DNA from: Mobula hypostoma
Lineage: Eukaryota
Assembly (NCBI RefSeq): GCF_963921235.1
Contig: NC_086097.1
Span: 76,200,001 to 76,264,000 of the forward strand
Direction of reading: 5' to 3'
Length of the DNA stretch: 64,000 nt
The notes below the pieces were generated by a model. It was given only the letters and a program-made list of their open reading frames with translations, had not been told where the DNA came from and did no database searches. Shown piece after piece: positions 23,201 to 36,100 of this stretch (positions within the stretch are counted from its first letter, which is position 1; every line of letters starts with the position of its first letter). The position numbers and the translations under genes were made by a program.

Positions 23201-26200
23201 AGTTTTGTGAAATACAGGAAAGCCTTTATGCTATCATTAATAACATCTGTTTTTGCATTTCTTGGGTTAAAATGTTTAGAAGAATCTATTTTGCATTAGA
23301 AATACATTATACCATTATAAAAATGCAAAGTTTTTTTTGTAAAAGGTGAAATTTATGTTCCTTCATTTTACACAATTATTTTTAAAGTTGAAGCTTTGTG
23401 TTAGTTAATCACTGAAAGTTTACTAATCTCTCTTACTCTCTTCAGTTTTGATGGTCTTTTGTATATTTCTTAATTCTTTGCCAGAGTCTCAATTTATTTA
23501 ATTGAAAATTTATGCAGAACAACAAAGGTTAATTTAATTCTTGTCACTTCAAAGTGAGAAAGAAATAATCATAAAAGAATATATGAAAATGGAGAACAAT
23601 TAATCTTGGAACTGCTTTAACAGATCCACACGGAAATGAAAACGATTTTCTTGGTTTATCTGAGGAACACATGTGGAGGAAGGCCTAAGAAATGTGCAAC
23701 AGAGTATATTAAGTGTCATTAAATCATGAATGAACATATCAAATCCTTTACATGCCAATGCATAATAGTAATTTATTTCTTTGTAACACAGAATTTGATA
23801 CCTGCTGTATTTAGAGTAGGAATATTAAGGAATAAGAGAATCAAAATAACTTCACCTTGAAGTTCAGAAACAGCAGAAGAGAAATACTTGATTGCAGGTC
23901 AGTAGAGCAGTCAATATAAAATAATGAAAATATATGTACTTTCATGCATTTCAGGAAAAAGAGAAAACAGATATCAAGAAAACAAACCAGAAAAAAAAAC
24001 ACAAACACGAGGAAATCTAATCCCGGTAAAAGTAATTTGCTAATAAACCTGCATAATTCCTCTTCTGTTCATAAAATATGAAATTTCTTATTAAAACTGC
24101 AAGACAGACCTAACATAATTTAAGAGCCATGACGTTGCTGAAGTTTCAGGAGTACTGTGACTACACTTATAATGAGGAGGAGTCTATTTATACACATTAT
24201 TCTGCACAACACAAAACCCTGACTTAAATACAACTTATAAAACAAAAAACAAACACTAAAATTGCACTCACCATTACAATGATTTAACATGAATCATAAT
24301 TAAAACCATATTAATCTGCCCCTTAAAAGGTTCATGCTGTTGAATTCATTCACTGCTATCAAAGGAAGATTGGATTTTGGGGACATAAAACTTTATTGTA
24401 TGATCTCTTAAAAAAACACAGGAGTCATTTTAATTATGCCAATCCACTAAATAGATACTTAAATAACTAATGTTAAAATACATAAAGGGTCTATAATACT
24501 TACCTCTGGCATGTGGTTCTGCAGTGAACTACTGGTAATGTCTTCTCTAAGGGTCAGCTTGTCTCTGACTCCTGCAACTACACTTTGAAATGCAGAAGGT
24601 AGAGATGAGCAGTGCAGGCAAACATATTCATTTGAATGGTGTAGCTGGCTGGATTTTAACACTTGTATTTTATTTAATGCCTTCAAATAATTTCAAGTGG
24701 TTTAAGCTATACTTAAGCAAATTTCTTTTTAACTCAAAAAATGTATGTATTCAAGTGATTTAAAATATAGCTCGTTATTAATCTTCAAGGTAGACTGGTA
24801 GTATAGGGCCACAAGAGGTAGATATGATCACAGGAAAAGAGTGGGTGAAGGGTAAGCTCGCCATGCTGAGTGGTCAGAAATCCTGCAAGCTACAGATTTA
24901 GCAGTTGTGCTAGATATTGCACTCTGCTGCAGTCTCTAGCGCTGATGTAACAAACTCACCAGTGGGGGGAAGCTCACGAACATGGGTTGGCTGGGTCCAT
25001 CTCAATGGCTCACCAGCTCATTTGAACTACTCCATATTTGCAGTTATTGCATGCACCTGACATTCCCTCTCCTCAAGGCTCCATGCACCTCTTTAACCCT
25101 TGTGTCTGGAACTTGACGCAGGCGAGTTCTAATCTTTCTCTCAGCTCTGTGTTGTTTTCATTAGGTGGAATCTCTCTTCTCATTGCTAGGTTCCATCTTG
25201 TGGATACCTAGTTAAGTGGCTCCCCAAAATATATTGAACCTTTGAAAACAAGATCATCCCAGTGTAGGCAAGCCTGCTCCCAGTTATATCTTCTAAAATC
25301 CTGACAACACCAGAGATCTAGTTGCTTTATTCAGGACAAAATCCTCATTTTTCTTTCACAAAGTTGGCAATGAGCTCCTGTTATTTCTGTTGTGTTTCAA
25401 AACGAATCCATAGGCGTTTTGAGGAAATTTAGGATTAAGGTCTTGATAGGAGTTCAGAGCAATCCAAAAGGGTGCAGGGAAGTTGAGCATCAAGACCCCA
25501 ATGAATTTGAGGACAGGAGCTTATTTAGGTCCTTCAATCTCCTGTTCAGCAATCTTCCAAATTTACATGTTGTCCAGTGTTGGTCAGCATAATCAGTGCA
25601 AGAGAACCACAACTGAAGAATGTTGGGATAGAAACAGTGAGAGGAGAGGTGGGAGTATAAATTATGGTTTGGCAGGCAGTGGTTAGTGGAGAATGGGACT
25701 GCCCATAGGGAAAGAGAAAACAGGAAATTGGAGCTTGGGAGAGAGAATGTAGAATGGACGGAGGTAAAGGTAGGGTTATGTGATGGAACAAAGATTCATA
25801 GTCATAGCACTGTTAATAGGTGGACTTAAATCTCTTAAGAAAATACCTGCCTTTGCACATCTCTATCACTATAAATATGGTGGCTGGTTGAAGATCTCAG
25901 CTGCTTAAAACGTTTTAGTACTTTAGAATTATGGGGCTTAAAATTTAATAACAAGTTTGGAAGTTACACTACTCCAGTTAAGTTCAGACATTACATAAAA
26001 TTTTGTACACTTACACTTCTGTAATTTTCTTTTGCTATTTTTAACTACATGTTTGTATTGTTTGAAAAACAGGATCATTTTATAGCTTTCTTACTCACAG
26101 CAAAATAATGCTTCAGCAATTAGCTATTGTTAAAAGCAAAAACAGGATGAAACAAATACCATACATTGGCCGTCTGTCAGACTATGATTAAGCAAAGTAT

Positions 26201-26346
26201 GCTCAAAGTAGAAGATTTATTTCTGTGTTTAACTTTTGGGGCATCCCTTATAAAATATTTCATTCAATAAATGGAGGTTATTGCAGGAAGGTTGTTAAAA
26301 TGGGAAGTGGTACTAGAGATGATAAAATGGATCAGGCTGAGATGAG

Positions 26347-27422
26347 TTTGGTGTGGCAGTGGACGTCAGATTAGATGGCAACCTCTTTGACATCAGGAGG
26401 CTCCACACAACTACCAAACTCCGAAGAGAGCGGGTCCTGGAGCTGCAGTATACAGACGACTGTGCTCTTGTGGCCCATACTCCGGAGGATCGTCAGACTG
26501 TCTTTGCCGTGGCGGTGAGAGCGTACAGCAGGATGGGGCTGACTGTCAATACCACCAAGACAGAAGTGGTTTGCCAAAGGAGTACCAGTGTCCCACCCAC
26601 TCTACCTGCCTTCACTGTTGGTGATGAAAAGCTGTCAGTAGTCCCATCTTTCACATACCTGGGGAGCATTCTCTCTGAGGATAGCGGCATTGGCAACGAC
26701 ATCCAGAGCCGCATTAAACAGGCATCAGCTGCCTTTGGGAGACTTCAGCATAGAGTCTTTCAGAACAGGAGCCTTCGTCCCTCCACAAAAGACGCTGTAT
26801 ATCAAGTGGTCTGTGTCACCACCCTCCTTTATAGCTGTGAAGCTTGGGTAACCTGCAGCTATCACATCAAGTCCGTGGAGCGCTTCCACATAAGCTGCCT
26901 CCATCGCATCCTGGGAATTACCTGGCGTGAGCGGGTGCCTCACACTGAAATACTTGTAAAGACCAACTGCAGAAGTATTGAGGCCATGATCACCCAGTGT
27001 CAGCAGCAGTGGCTGAGGCACGTGATAAGGATGCCCCCATGTCGGCTACCCTGCAGAGTGTTATACGTCCAGCTACATCATGGTTGACGCTCAGCTGGAA
27101 GTCTGAAGAAGTGCTATAAGGATCAGATGAAGAATGCTTTAAGGAAGTGCAAGATCAGATCTGAGGACCTGGAGGATGTTGCTGCTGACCGTACCACTTG
27201 GCGACAGGGATGGGGTTCGTATTCTGGCGATGGAAAGACCAACCAGAAGACAGCACAAGAGAGCCAGGAGAAATGCAGCCATGGTTGCCACCACTACTAC
27301 ATATACATGTCCCACCTGCAATAGAGCTTGTGGGTCCAGGATAGGACTATGTAGTCATCAAAGATCTCACCATTAAAGGAGTGGACATTGTCATCGGATT
27401 TCGATGGACAACTGAATAAGAA
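26347..27422 (+). mobile_element. RTE-BovB-like LINE, 5'-truncated
   Basis: DGNLFDIRRL..ELQYTDDCALVAH..GLTVNTTKTEV..FTYLGSILS..RIKQASAAFGRL, and C-terminal zinc finger YTCPTCNRACGSRIGLCSHQRSHH. Short tail CATCGGATTTCGATGGAC..GAATAAGAA. Confidence 0.92.
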
Positions 27423-28583
27423 CCACAACTGAAAACAATGAATCTTATAATACATTTAGCAATCTGCTTCTTCTAGCATTTGCACAATTCTAGAATTTAG
27501 CACGGAGGCAAAACCAAACTGTCCTCCCGCTCATACTAACCAGGAGACACAAAATCAATCTGAAATAAAGCCGATCCATTGGATTGTTTCACTAATTAAT
27601 CAGGCCCTGACTTAGGAATGGGTTAAAAGTACACTGAGTTAGCTGATTTCTAAGCAAATGTTAATTGCACATTTAACTTCTATTATAGATTTAATGGTTC
27701 ATTAAGCCTAGTATACAGTATTTTTTATACATGAAAGAAATATACTTCCGTCAATGTTTGAGAGTCCAGAAAGATTCTGTGTTTTATTTGGAGCAATATT
27801 TAATCTTCCTTGGCATAAGTATTGCAGTTACTTACACAGTAGTTCTTACCTTGGTCTTATATTAAGGTATTATGTTCTTATCCTCCTCTCTATTTCACCT
27901 TATTCTGATTATCCACATGTAATGCCACTAAGCAAGACACCCAGCTAACAACACTCTGGCCTAGACTAGGAAAATACGGCATGCTACTTAGTGAAACAGT
28001 GGGTGCTGAGGTCGTGGAAAACAAAGAAATTATGAATTAAACATGCTGATGTATTTTAATATGACTTTTGAAAACCAAATTACATACATCATCGTATTTA
28101 AATTGATTGGACTAATAGTCACCTCACCTGCAAAAATCTGCAATAAAAACTATTCGGACATCAACAGATGCCAATTCATAGTATTAAAAAGAGAGTTGTT
28201 TTAATCTGTTTAAAACAAGCGAGCAAAAAGAAAGCAACAATGTATGCAAGACCATAAGACATAAGAATAGAATTAAGCCATTTGGCCCTTACAGTCTGCA
28301 GAACTATTCAATCATGGCTGATTTATTTTCCTTCTCAGGCCCATTCTCCTGTCTCTTCTCCATAAACTTTGATGCACTTGCTAATCAAGAACCTATCAAT
28401 CTCCTCTTTAAATATATCCAATGATTTGGCCTCCACAACCATCTGTGGCAATGAATTCCACAGATTCCCCACCCTCTGGCAAAAGAAATTTCTCCTTATC
28501 TCTGTTCTAAAGGGAAGTCCCTTTATTTCGAGGCTGTGCTTCCTGGTTCCAATATTGGAAACATCCTCCCCATGTGCAATATA

Positions 28584-29738
28584 AGATGGGTGATTGGTAA
28601 GTGATTGGTAAGTTTGTGGCCTAAGGTAGAAGTATGTAAATGTAGGAAAAATGTAGTAAGTGTATTTTTCTTACATTTACACACTTAGTCCAGCAGTCTT
28701 GGAGCATACGGATCCCTTCTCTGTAGAAGTTGGCATCTTGGTCCTCAAGAAAGTGGTCCACAGCAGGGGTGATTGATAAGTTTGTGTCCTAAGGTAGAAG
28801 GAGATGAGTTATTAACTTCAAACTTTCTGCATTTTCACTCAAAGAGTTGAACTGCATGTGCATGTAACAAGAGCGATATAACTCATCTTCTTCTGCCTTA
28901 GGCCATGAACTTATTAATTGCCCCTGCTATGGACCACCTGGAGGTCCAAGATGCTCTTGTTACATGCACATGTAGGTCAACTCTTTGAGTGATAATGCAG
29001 GAAGTTTGAAGTTAATAACTCATCTCCTTCTACCTTAGGCCACAAACTTATCAATCACCCCTGCTGTGGACCACTTCTACAAAGAAGGGATCTGTTATGC
29101 TCCACGACCGCTGGACTAAAAGCTGATTTATACTTCTGCGTCAAATCTACGCCATAGGTATGGTGTCGCCGCGAACCCTATGCAGAGCCTGCGCGGATCC
29201 CTATGCCGTAGCCTGACATGCACCTCACCCAAAATGTAACTACGTGTTGTGGCAACGCAGAACGCAACAACTGTGATTGGTCCGCCTGGGAGCATTGTAT
29301 TTCCTCCTACGCTGCAATAGCTTCCCATTGGCCGACTGAAGGGCAGGGAAGGAACTCTGTCTGCAATGCTTTCCATAAAGCTTTACAGACCTCCGAAATT
29401 ATGGAGGACACATTTCGCTTTTACGAAAAAAGACGCTCGCTTTAAACTTGTTTATCCCGAGAAAAACTACCAGGACCATGAAGCCTTGCATGGGCAGGTG
29501 TGTGCCATGCATGACGTGCCCGAATTGCACAGCGACGCAGACACACCAACGCACAAGTGTAAGTGCTTACAACATGCATTGGCCACTTGTGCAGGTTACG
29601 GCATCGAGTTGACGCAGAAGTATAAATCAGCCTTAAGTGTGTACATGTAGGAGGGGACTATGTTGAAAAATAAATGTGCTAGGTTTTCTAAAATTGACTC
29701 CTTCTACCTTAGGCCACAAACTTATCAATCACCCTTCA
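28584..29738. mobile_element. Mariner-type non-autonomous foldback element
   Basis: Ends GGGTGATTG(G)TAAGTTTGTGGCCTAAGGTAGAAG / CTTCTACCTTAGGCCACAAACTTATCAATCACCC flanked by TA (28582-28583, 29739-29740). Internal inverted repeat of about 124 bp at 28751-28874 / 28953-29076. Confidence 0.8.
29120..29633. mobile_element. PIF/Harbinger-type MITE nested in the mariner-type element
   Basis: 25-bp terminal inverted repeats AAGCTGATTTATACTTCTGCGTCAA / TTGACGCAGAAGTATAAATCAGCCT. 3-bp TSD TAA (29117-29119, 29634-29636). Removing it restores CTGGACTAAGTGTG, the inverse of 28680-28693. Confidence 0.85.
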
Positions 29739-30100
29739 TATCTCTGGTTTTCAATATTTGGTAGGCTTCAATGAGATCCCTCCTTATTCTTATGAACTCC
29801 AGCAAGTACAGACCCAGAGCCAATAAATGCTCCTCATACTTTAACCATTTCATTTCCAGAATAGTTCTTGTGAACATCCTCTGGACCCTCTCCAACGTCA
29901 GCACATTCCTTCTTAGATATGGGGCCCAAAACTGCTCACAATACTCCAGATGTAGTCTGAGCAATGCCTTAGCATTACATCCTTGTTTTTATATTTTTGT
30001 CCTCATGAAAAGAATGTGAACATCGTATTTGCCTTCCTTACTACTGACACTGTCTGCAAAGTAACCTTTAATGAATCTTGCACTAGGACACCCAAGTCCT

Positions 30101-30755
30101 GGTGCAGTATTCACAGGTAGGTAGGGACATAAAGCTTTTGGCACGTTGATCTTCATAGATCAAATTATTGAGTACAGGAGATAGGACATTATGTTGAGGT
30201 TGTAAAAGACATTGGTGAGGCCTAATTTGGAGTATTTTGTGCAGTTTTGCTCACCTCTTTACAGGAAAGATGCAAATAAGATCTGAGCAGTACAGAAAAA
30301 ATTGACAAGGATTTGGGACTAGAGGACCTGAACTATAAGGAAAGATTGAATAGGTTAGAACTTTATTCCCTAGACTGCAGAAGACTGAGGGGAGATTTGA
30401 TAGAGGTATACAAAACCATGAGGAGAATAGACAGGGTAAGTGTAAGCAGCCATTTTCTATTGAGGTTGGGTGAGACTACAATCAAAGGTCATGGATTAAG
30501 GGTGAAAGGTGAAAAGTTTAAAGGGAACATAAGGGGAAACCTATTTGCTCAGAGGGTGCTGAGAGTGTGGAACAAGCTTCCATGCAATTGGTGGATGTGA
30601 TTTTGATTTCAATGTTTAAAAGAAGTTTGGATGGGAGGTGTATGGAGGGCTATGGTCTGGTTGCAGGTTGATTGGACTAGCCAGTTTAAATGGTTTGGCA
30701 TGGACTAGATAGGCCACAGGGCCTGTTTCTGTGCTGTAGTTTTTATGACTCTATG
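30101..30755 (+). mobile_element. CR1 3' fragment inserted antisense into the older CR1
   Basis: ORF 30313-30600 LNYKERLNRLELYSLDCRRLRGDLIEVYK..GHGLRVKG..QRVLRVWNKLP; tail TTTTATGACTCTATG. Confidence 0.88.
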
Positions 30756-31811
30756 GCTCCTTTTGCACCTCTGATTTCTGAATTTGCTCCCTGTTTAGTC
30801 TAAGCCTTTATTCATTCTATCAAAGTGCATGACCATACACTTCTCTGCACTATATTTCATCTACCACTTTCTTGCTCATTCTCCTAATCTATCTAAAACC
30901 TTCTGCAGACTACCTGCTTCCTTAAAACTACCTGCCCTTCCACCTATCTTTGTATCATCACAAACTTGGCTACAAAGCCATCAATTCCATCATCCATTCA
31001 TTACACATAACGTGAAAAGTCCCTGTAGAACACCACTAGTCACTGGTGATAATACCATGAGCTGTTATCTTGTTTAGCAGCTTCATGTGCAGCATCTCGG
31101 AAAAAAGCCCTCTGAAAATCCAAGTAATCAACATCCACTGACTCTCCTTTGTCTGTCTTGCCTGTTATTTCCTCAAGGAAGTTCAACATATTTGTCAGGC
31201 AAGATTTCCCACTAAGGAAACCATGCTGATCTCAGCCTGCTTTATTCGATGCCTCCAAGCACCCTGAAAACTCTCTCTTAATAATGGTCTCTAACATCTT
31301 GCCACCACGGAGGTCAAGCTAATTGCCCTATAATCTTCTGTCTTGTGCCTCCCTCCCTTATTAAAGAGTGGAGGGACCATTGCAATTTTCCAGTCTTTCT
31401 GAAGTATCCCAGAGTCTAGTGATTCTTGATGGATCACTTCTAATGCCTCCAGAATGTCTTCAGTATCTCATTCACAACATTGGGGTGTAGTCCATCTGGT
31501 CCAGATGACTAACCTACCTTCAGACCCTTCAGCTTTCTAAACATTTTCTCTTTAGTAATAGTGAATACACTCACTGAGATTCAGTGCACCCTGAAATTCT
31601 CGAATTTTTGGCATGCTTCTGGTGTCTTCTACGGTGATGCAAATTACTTGTTAAGTTCATCCACTATTTCTTTGTCCCCCATTTCTACTTCTCCAGCATC
31701 AGTTTCCAGCAATCTGATGTGCAGTCTTGCCTCTCCTTCACTCTTTATAAATCTTTTGGCATCCTCTTACAATCAAGTATTTCAAGTGTATTGTCCTTGA
31801 CTTCATTCAAG

Positions 31812-32449
31812 TGTAATGCCCTTGTTCATATTTTTACTGTTGTGTTGTATGTATTTAATTTTGGCAGTTCTATAAGAGCACCTTGTTTTCAGCTTGATTG
31901 GGTTATTGTTGAAGATAAGAAATGAGGAGAAATGTGTGCCATCGAATTGGGTTGGTCGAATGAAGGGAGGTTTCTCTGATGAGGTTGGGCTTGGGGCCTT
32001 TGTTTGAGAGGAGATGAAGAGAGAAGATGCTGGGGAGAACTGGTTGTAGCATATGATCTGGTGCGAGACACATTTGTTTAAGATGGATTGCGAGTGACGT
32101 TCGGAAGGTGGTGTGTGCTTTCATGTTGACCGAGGGCCCAGCGCATGATTGACAGAGAAGTTCAAGGTGAGCTCCAGCTTGTGCACATTTGACAATTAGA
32201 ATGGGCTCTTTTCTTTTTGTTTTTCTTTACTAACCCTTTAGTTAAGATTCATAAATATAATTCCTTTAACCGTACGCAGTGTGCTGTCTGTTATTCTGTG
32301 GCACTAATTTGTAACAGGGTAGCAAATTACACAGCATCCCCACAGACGAAGGTTTGGGGTGGGATCGAGCCGTCTCAATCTCACGAGTTTGGCGGGACTT
32401 GAGAGTGTCTTCCCTAGGCTTACGCAGCCAAGGAAAACAGGATGTTTCA
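31812..32449 (+). mobile_element. Solo LTR (Gypsy-like), 638 bp
   Basis: TG...CA termini (TGTAATGCCC ... GGATGTTTCA) with a 4-bp TSD CAAG at 31808-31811 and 32450-32453. Orientation is tentative. Confidence 0.7.
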
Positions 32450-32990
32450 CAAGAAATGTGATAGTAACATTTACTAAGCTCTCATTTAAAATTAATGTCA
32501 CATACTGTACTTTAGAGACTGAAAAAAATGATAATTTGAACCAACTGTGTCTGTATAAGTCCACATAGCTTTAAATGATGCAGTCTGAAAATACTGATTA
32601 AGTCTTTAATTTTCTCATTCCCATTACAAATTCAAGGAGATTATTTTTAATATAACAATAAAATAACATCCACTGAATTTTCACACTTCAGAAATTAGCC
32701 ATTCAGTAATCAGAGCACTACATATATTCAAGCATATACAGATATTTTTCCTTGCTACTTGTCCTTATCTTGGAAGTACGAGTGTAGTATTATCAATTGG
32801 ACATCACACACAACAGACACATGTGTCCAGTACTATCAGCTTTGGTCACAAAGTGATAATAGATGAGGTGCGGTTAGAGAAAATGTGAAATGTCAAGAGA
32901 TTTAAAAAAGTTCTAATAGCAGAATGACTTAAAATAGTTTCTGTTATCTGTTCATTGATATTTTACTAAAATGATGAATGTTTAAAGTAT

Positions 32991-33192
32991 CACACACAAA
33001 ATGCTGGTGGAACGCAGCAGGCCAGACAGTATCCATAGGAAGAAGCACAGTCGACGTTTTGGGCCGAGACCCTTCAGTCCTGATGAAACGTCGACTGTGC
33101 TTCTTCCTATGGATGCTGTCTGGCCTGCTGCATTCCACCAGCATTTTGTGTGTGTTGCTTGTATTTCCAGTATCTGCATATTTCCTGGTGTT
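32991..33192. mobile_element. Penelope-like terminal-repeat hairpin insertion
   Basis: 69-bp arms 32991-33059 / 33086-33154 with 2 mismatches and a rearranged apex. 16-bp TSD TGAATGTTTAAAGTAT at 32975-32990 and 33193-33208. Confidence 0.9.
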
Positions 33193-36100
33193 TGAATGTT
33201 TAAAGTATGATTTTCTTGAGTACAAAATACGAATCACGGTGAAGGATTAGTAAGCCTTTTATGTTCACTCATCACAAAGAATCACAAGTAGTTCAGCACT
33301 CAGTAGCTGCCATCTCAGTTGCCACCCAGACTTAGACCTTGCTGACCCTTTGGTCTGATTGTGTTGGGGCACTTGCAGCCGTACGTTCACTGTGGGATGG
33401 TGGTGTCCCTATGCCTCTGGCTTGGCTCTGTTTTCTCCTGATGGCTTTGTGAAAACTCACTTCTTTTAAATGTCCCTGATGATTATCAACATTTAAGAGC
33501 AGTCAAATGGATTTAAACGACTTATAAAAATAAGAACATTACTGAAAAATAAAATTACTTAAAAACACTTTAAAGAGCTGAAACTTAATTAAAAACATAA
33601 AGGACAACTGCTTACTCAAAACTCCCTTTTCGATCAAGCTTGATGATCCCATTCAAACAGATGGGTCCTGTCAAATTCTAGGCACTTGTGTTCTGCCCAT
33701 GGATAGTGCTGAGATCACGAACTGAGCAGATCAGATGTGTCAACATCTGACCTTCGGCTCACTCCTGACATCCAGGTTATAAAGTACAATCATGACAGTC
33801 AGGAGCAAGCTGACCCATGCAAGGCAAGCAAATCATCATGTGGACCTGCTGCTGTTGGCATGTGATTGATGACAGTACCCCATGTAAGGCTGCACACTTT
33901 CTCCTCTGTACTTTACCAACACTCCTTGTGTTGACATCTTTTACATTTCCCATCTGGTGTTCAGCATAGGGTTGGTCTGAGCTGTACATTTAACACACAT
34001 GGCCAAAACATTCCTATCTTCTCTCTTTTGCCAAAAGGACAATAGTTTTAAAGTTTATCCTCTGGCGGTGCCTCTGGTTCCTCTTATCCAGAAAAATGTG
34101 GTCCTGAGGATCTTCTGGAAGTCTCTAACTGCGCTGATATCTTACAGCACTCAAAGCCATACAGCACAATGAAGACATTGAATTTGAAGGTCATTCAGAT
34201 TTGCTTTTGTTTTAGTTTACTTTGATAATTATTAACTCATCAGGATGTAAAGGACAAGTCAGTCTCGCTCATAACTTTGTAGACTTCTCTATGATACTGT
34301 TGGTTACTATTTTCTTCCTGGGTAGTTGGAATCACTAGATTTTTCCTTGTGTTCTCATTGATAGAGAGCTTGTGATGGGTTAAAGTTTAAAACATGGTAA
34401 TGGTGGTAAATTTATACCACTTTTACAATTAATATTTAATCCACTTGTGATAGGAAAGGTATCACTTAACTTTGTAGCATCTATCTGAATAAAGATTTAT
34501 TTTAAAAACATCATTGCATTCTTTCATATTACCCAAATTGTTTTGATGAACTGCAAGAATTTATGTTATTATTGACAGCTAAGAGATAAAGTGAAAAACA
34601 TACTCTGTTGCTGTTTATTTCTCATATTATTCATTGATTTCTGTTTTAAAACATAAAGATCGAAGCGCTCAAACAAACTTTTCTGGAAAAGCTGGCTGTT
34701 GATTGTTAAAACCAGTTAAGGGCTTTTTAATGAGTCGTCACTAGAAGGTTGTGGTATGTTTTCAGCTGGTTGGGATGAATGAGACCAGGGCACACTATGC
34801 TTACCCTCTGAGCTGCCACCGGTTCAAGGAGCATCAGTAATGATAAAATGAACATTCTGGGAAAGAGGTGCATCAAGTTAAAAAGCATGACGACAGGAAC
34901 ATGCTGCATAAACAAACAATGTGCAGTCTTTGTACTTATTTAGGTTCAGATATATTGGCACCTTCACCAGAGGCATTTTGTTTTAAAAATGAATGCAATT
35001 AAAACAATTACCTCTGCCTTTATGACATATGATATGGTCTCTACTGTGAAGGGGATAAGAGAAAAACCCTTTTAAACTTCTGCTAACGATTTTGTGAGAA
35101 ATTATTAATAAAGAACCTAAAAAAAACAATTTTCTGTAAAATTGGTTGTGTTCTGGAGATAAAACACAAGAAAAAGAGATTAACTTACTTCATGGTTAAA
35201 CCACTGCATGTTTGACTAACCACATTTGACAAAATACTTTTAATGAAGAAAGTATGAAAAACATAAAATAGAACTATTTAGTTGAATTTACCCCCACTAT
35301 TAGCATAGTGCACATGATAGGGAACAACTTGGCAGGGGAACACAATGTGCATGACAGGAAAGTTTATAGGATTGGGAGTGACTGCAAACCATCATGTTAA
35401 CACATTCCCAGCAAACAATTTCATTTGTATGGGGCCACAAGCAATGCTCCCTTGCTATAAAATTAATGGCCCGGAATTTGCGGTGAGAATAATAGCGAGG
35501 CTTTCAGTCGTCACTGTTATAAATAGAGGAAATCTGACAGCGACTTCTGAAGTGCACACATGTTTAGTTAAATGTAGAAATCCAGAGGCTGTTCAGAAAG
35601 TGAGCTGTTTTGAAGCCTTCTCAAGTGGAAGCGAATGACTGAGTGCACTAATAGGAGCAATTAAGGAATATTCTATATATAAACAATAAGTTCCCTAGAA
35701 ATGTCACCTGTTTGAGATGTAAGATTTTGTAATAGTTCACTATTCCAAAGTTATTGCTCTCTGATTCTAAATCCAGTTTTAAATATGGAGACTAACATTC
35801 TCATATCTACATAGTTTAAAATTCCACATTTGTTCAAAATTAAAAAAAAATCTTCTGATATTTCAACTTCACATATATATGTTTCAGTCTTTATTCTCCA
35901 CCCTGTACAATTCTTAAAACATTAAATAAATTGTGCTTTTTACTTTCCGGTTTGCAGAATGTGGGAATTCCTCAATGTGACGAGAGAGGATTAGGCTGTT
36001 TATGACATCACTGTGTTGCATGCTAGGATTCGCCAAAGATGACCCCTGATATCAACTGATGTCAGAAAAGGTGAAATAGAGGTCACAGAGAATAAAATGT

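Larger units (their letters stand above)
28247..31790 (-). mobile_element. CR1 LINE in three pieces (28247-28583, 29739-30100, 30757-31790), split by later insertions
   Basis: CATAAGACATAAGA tail; minus ORF LRLHLEYCEQFWAPYLRRNVLTLERVQRMFTRTI. The CR1 sequence continues across both insertions. Confidence 0.85.

Noticed and set aside
24504..24580. Minus-strand segment CAGGAGTCAGAGACAAGCTGACCCTTAGAGAAG ending at a strong donor GAG|GTAAGT, superficially like the next FMN1 exon
   Set aside because: It needs two compensating indels to read QES..KLT.EK, the remainder does not match, and the acceptor is poor.
28588..29735. Recurring unit of about 35 bp that could suggest a CRISPR-like array
   Set aside because: Mixed orientation, irregular spacing and eukaryotic context; explained as transposon terminal repeats.
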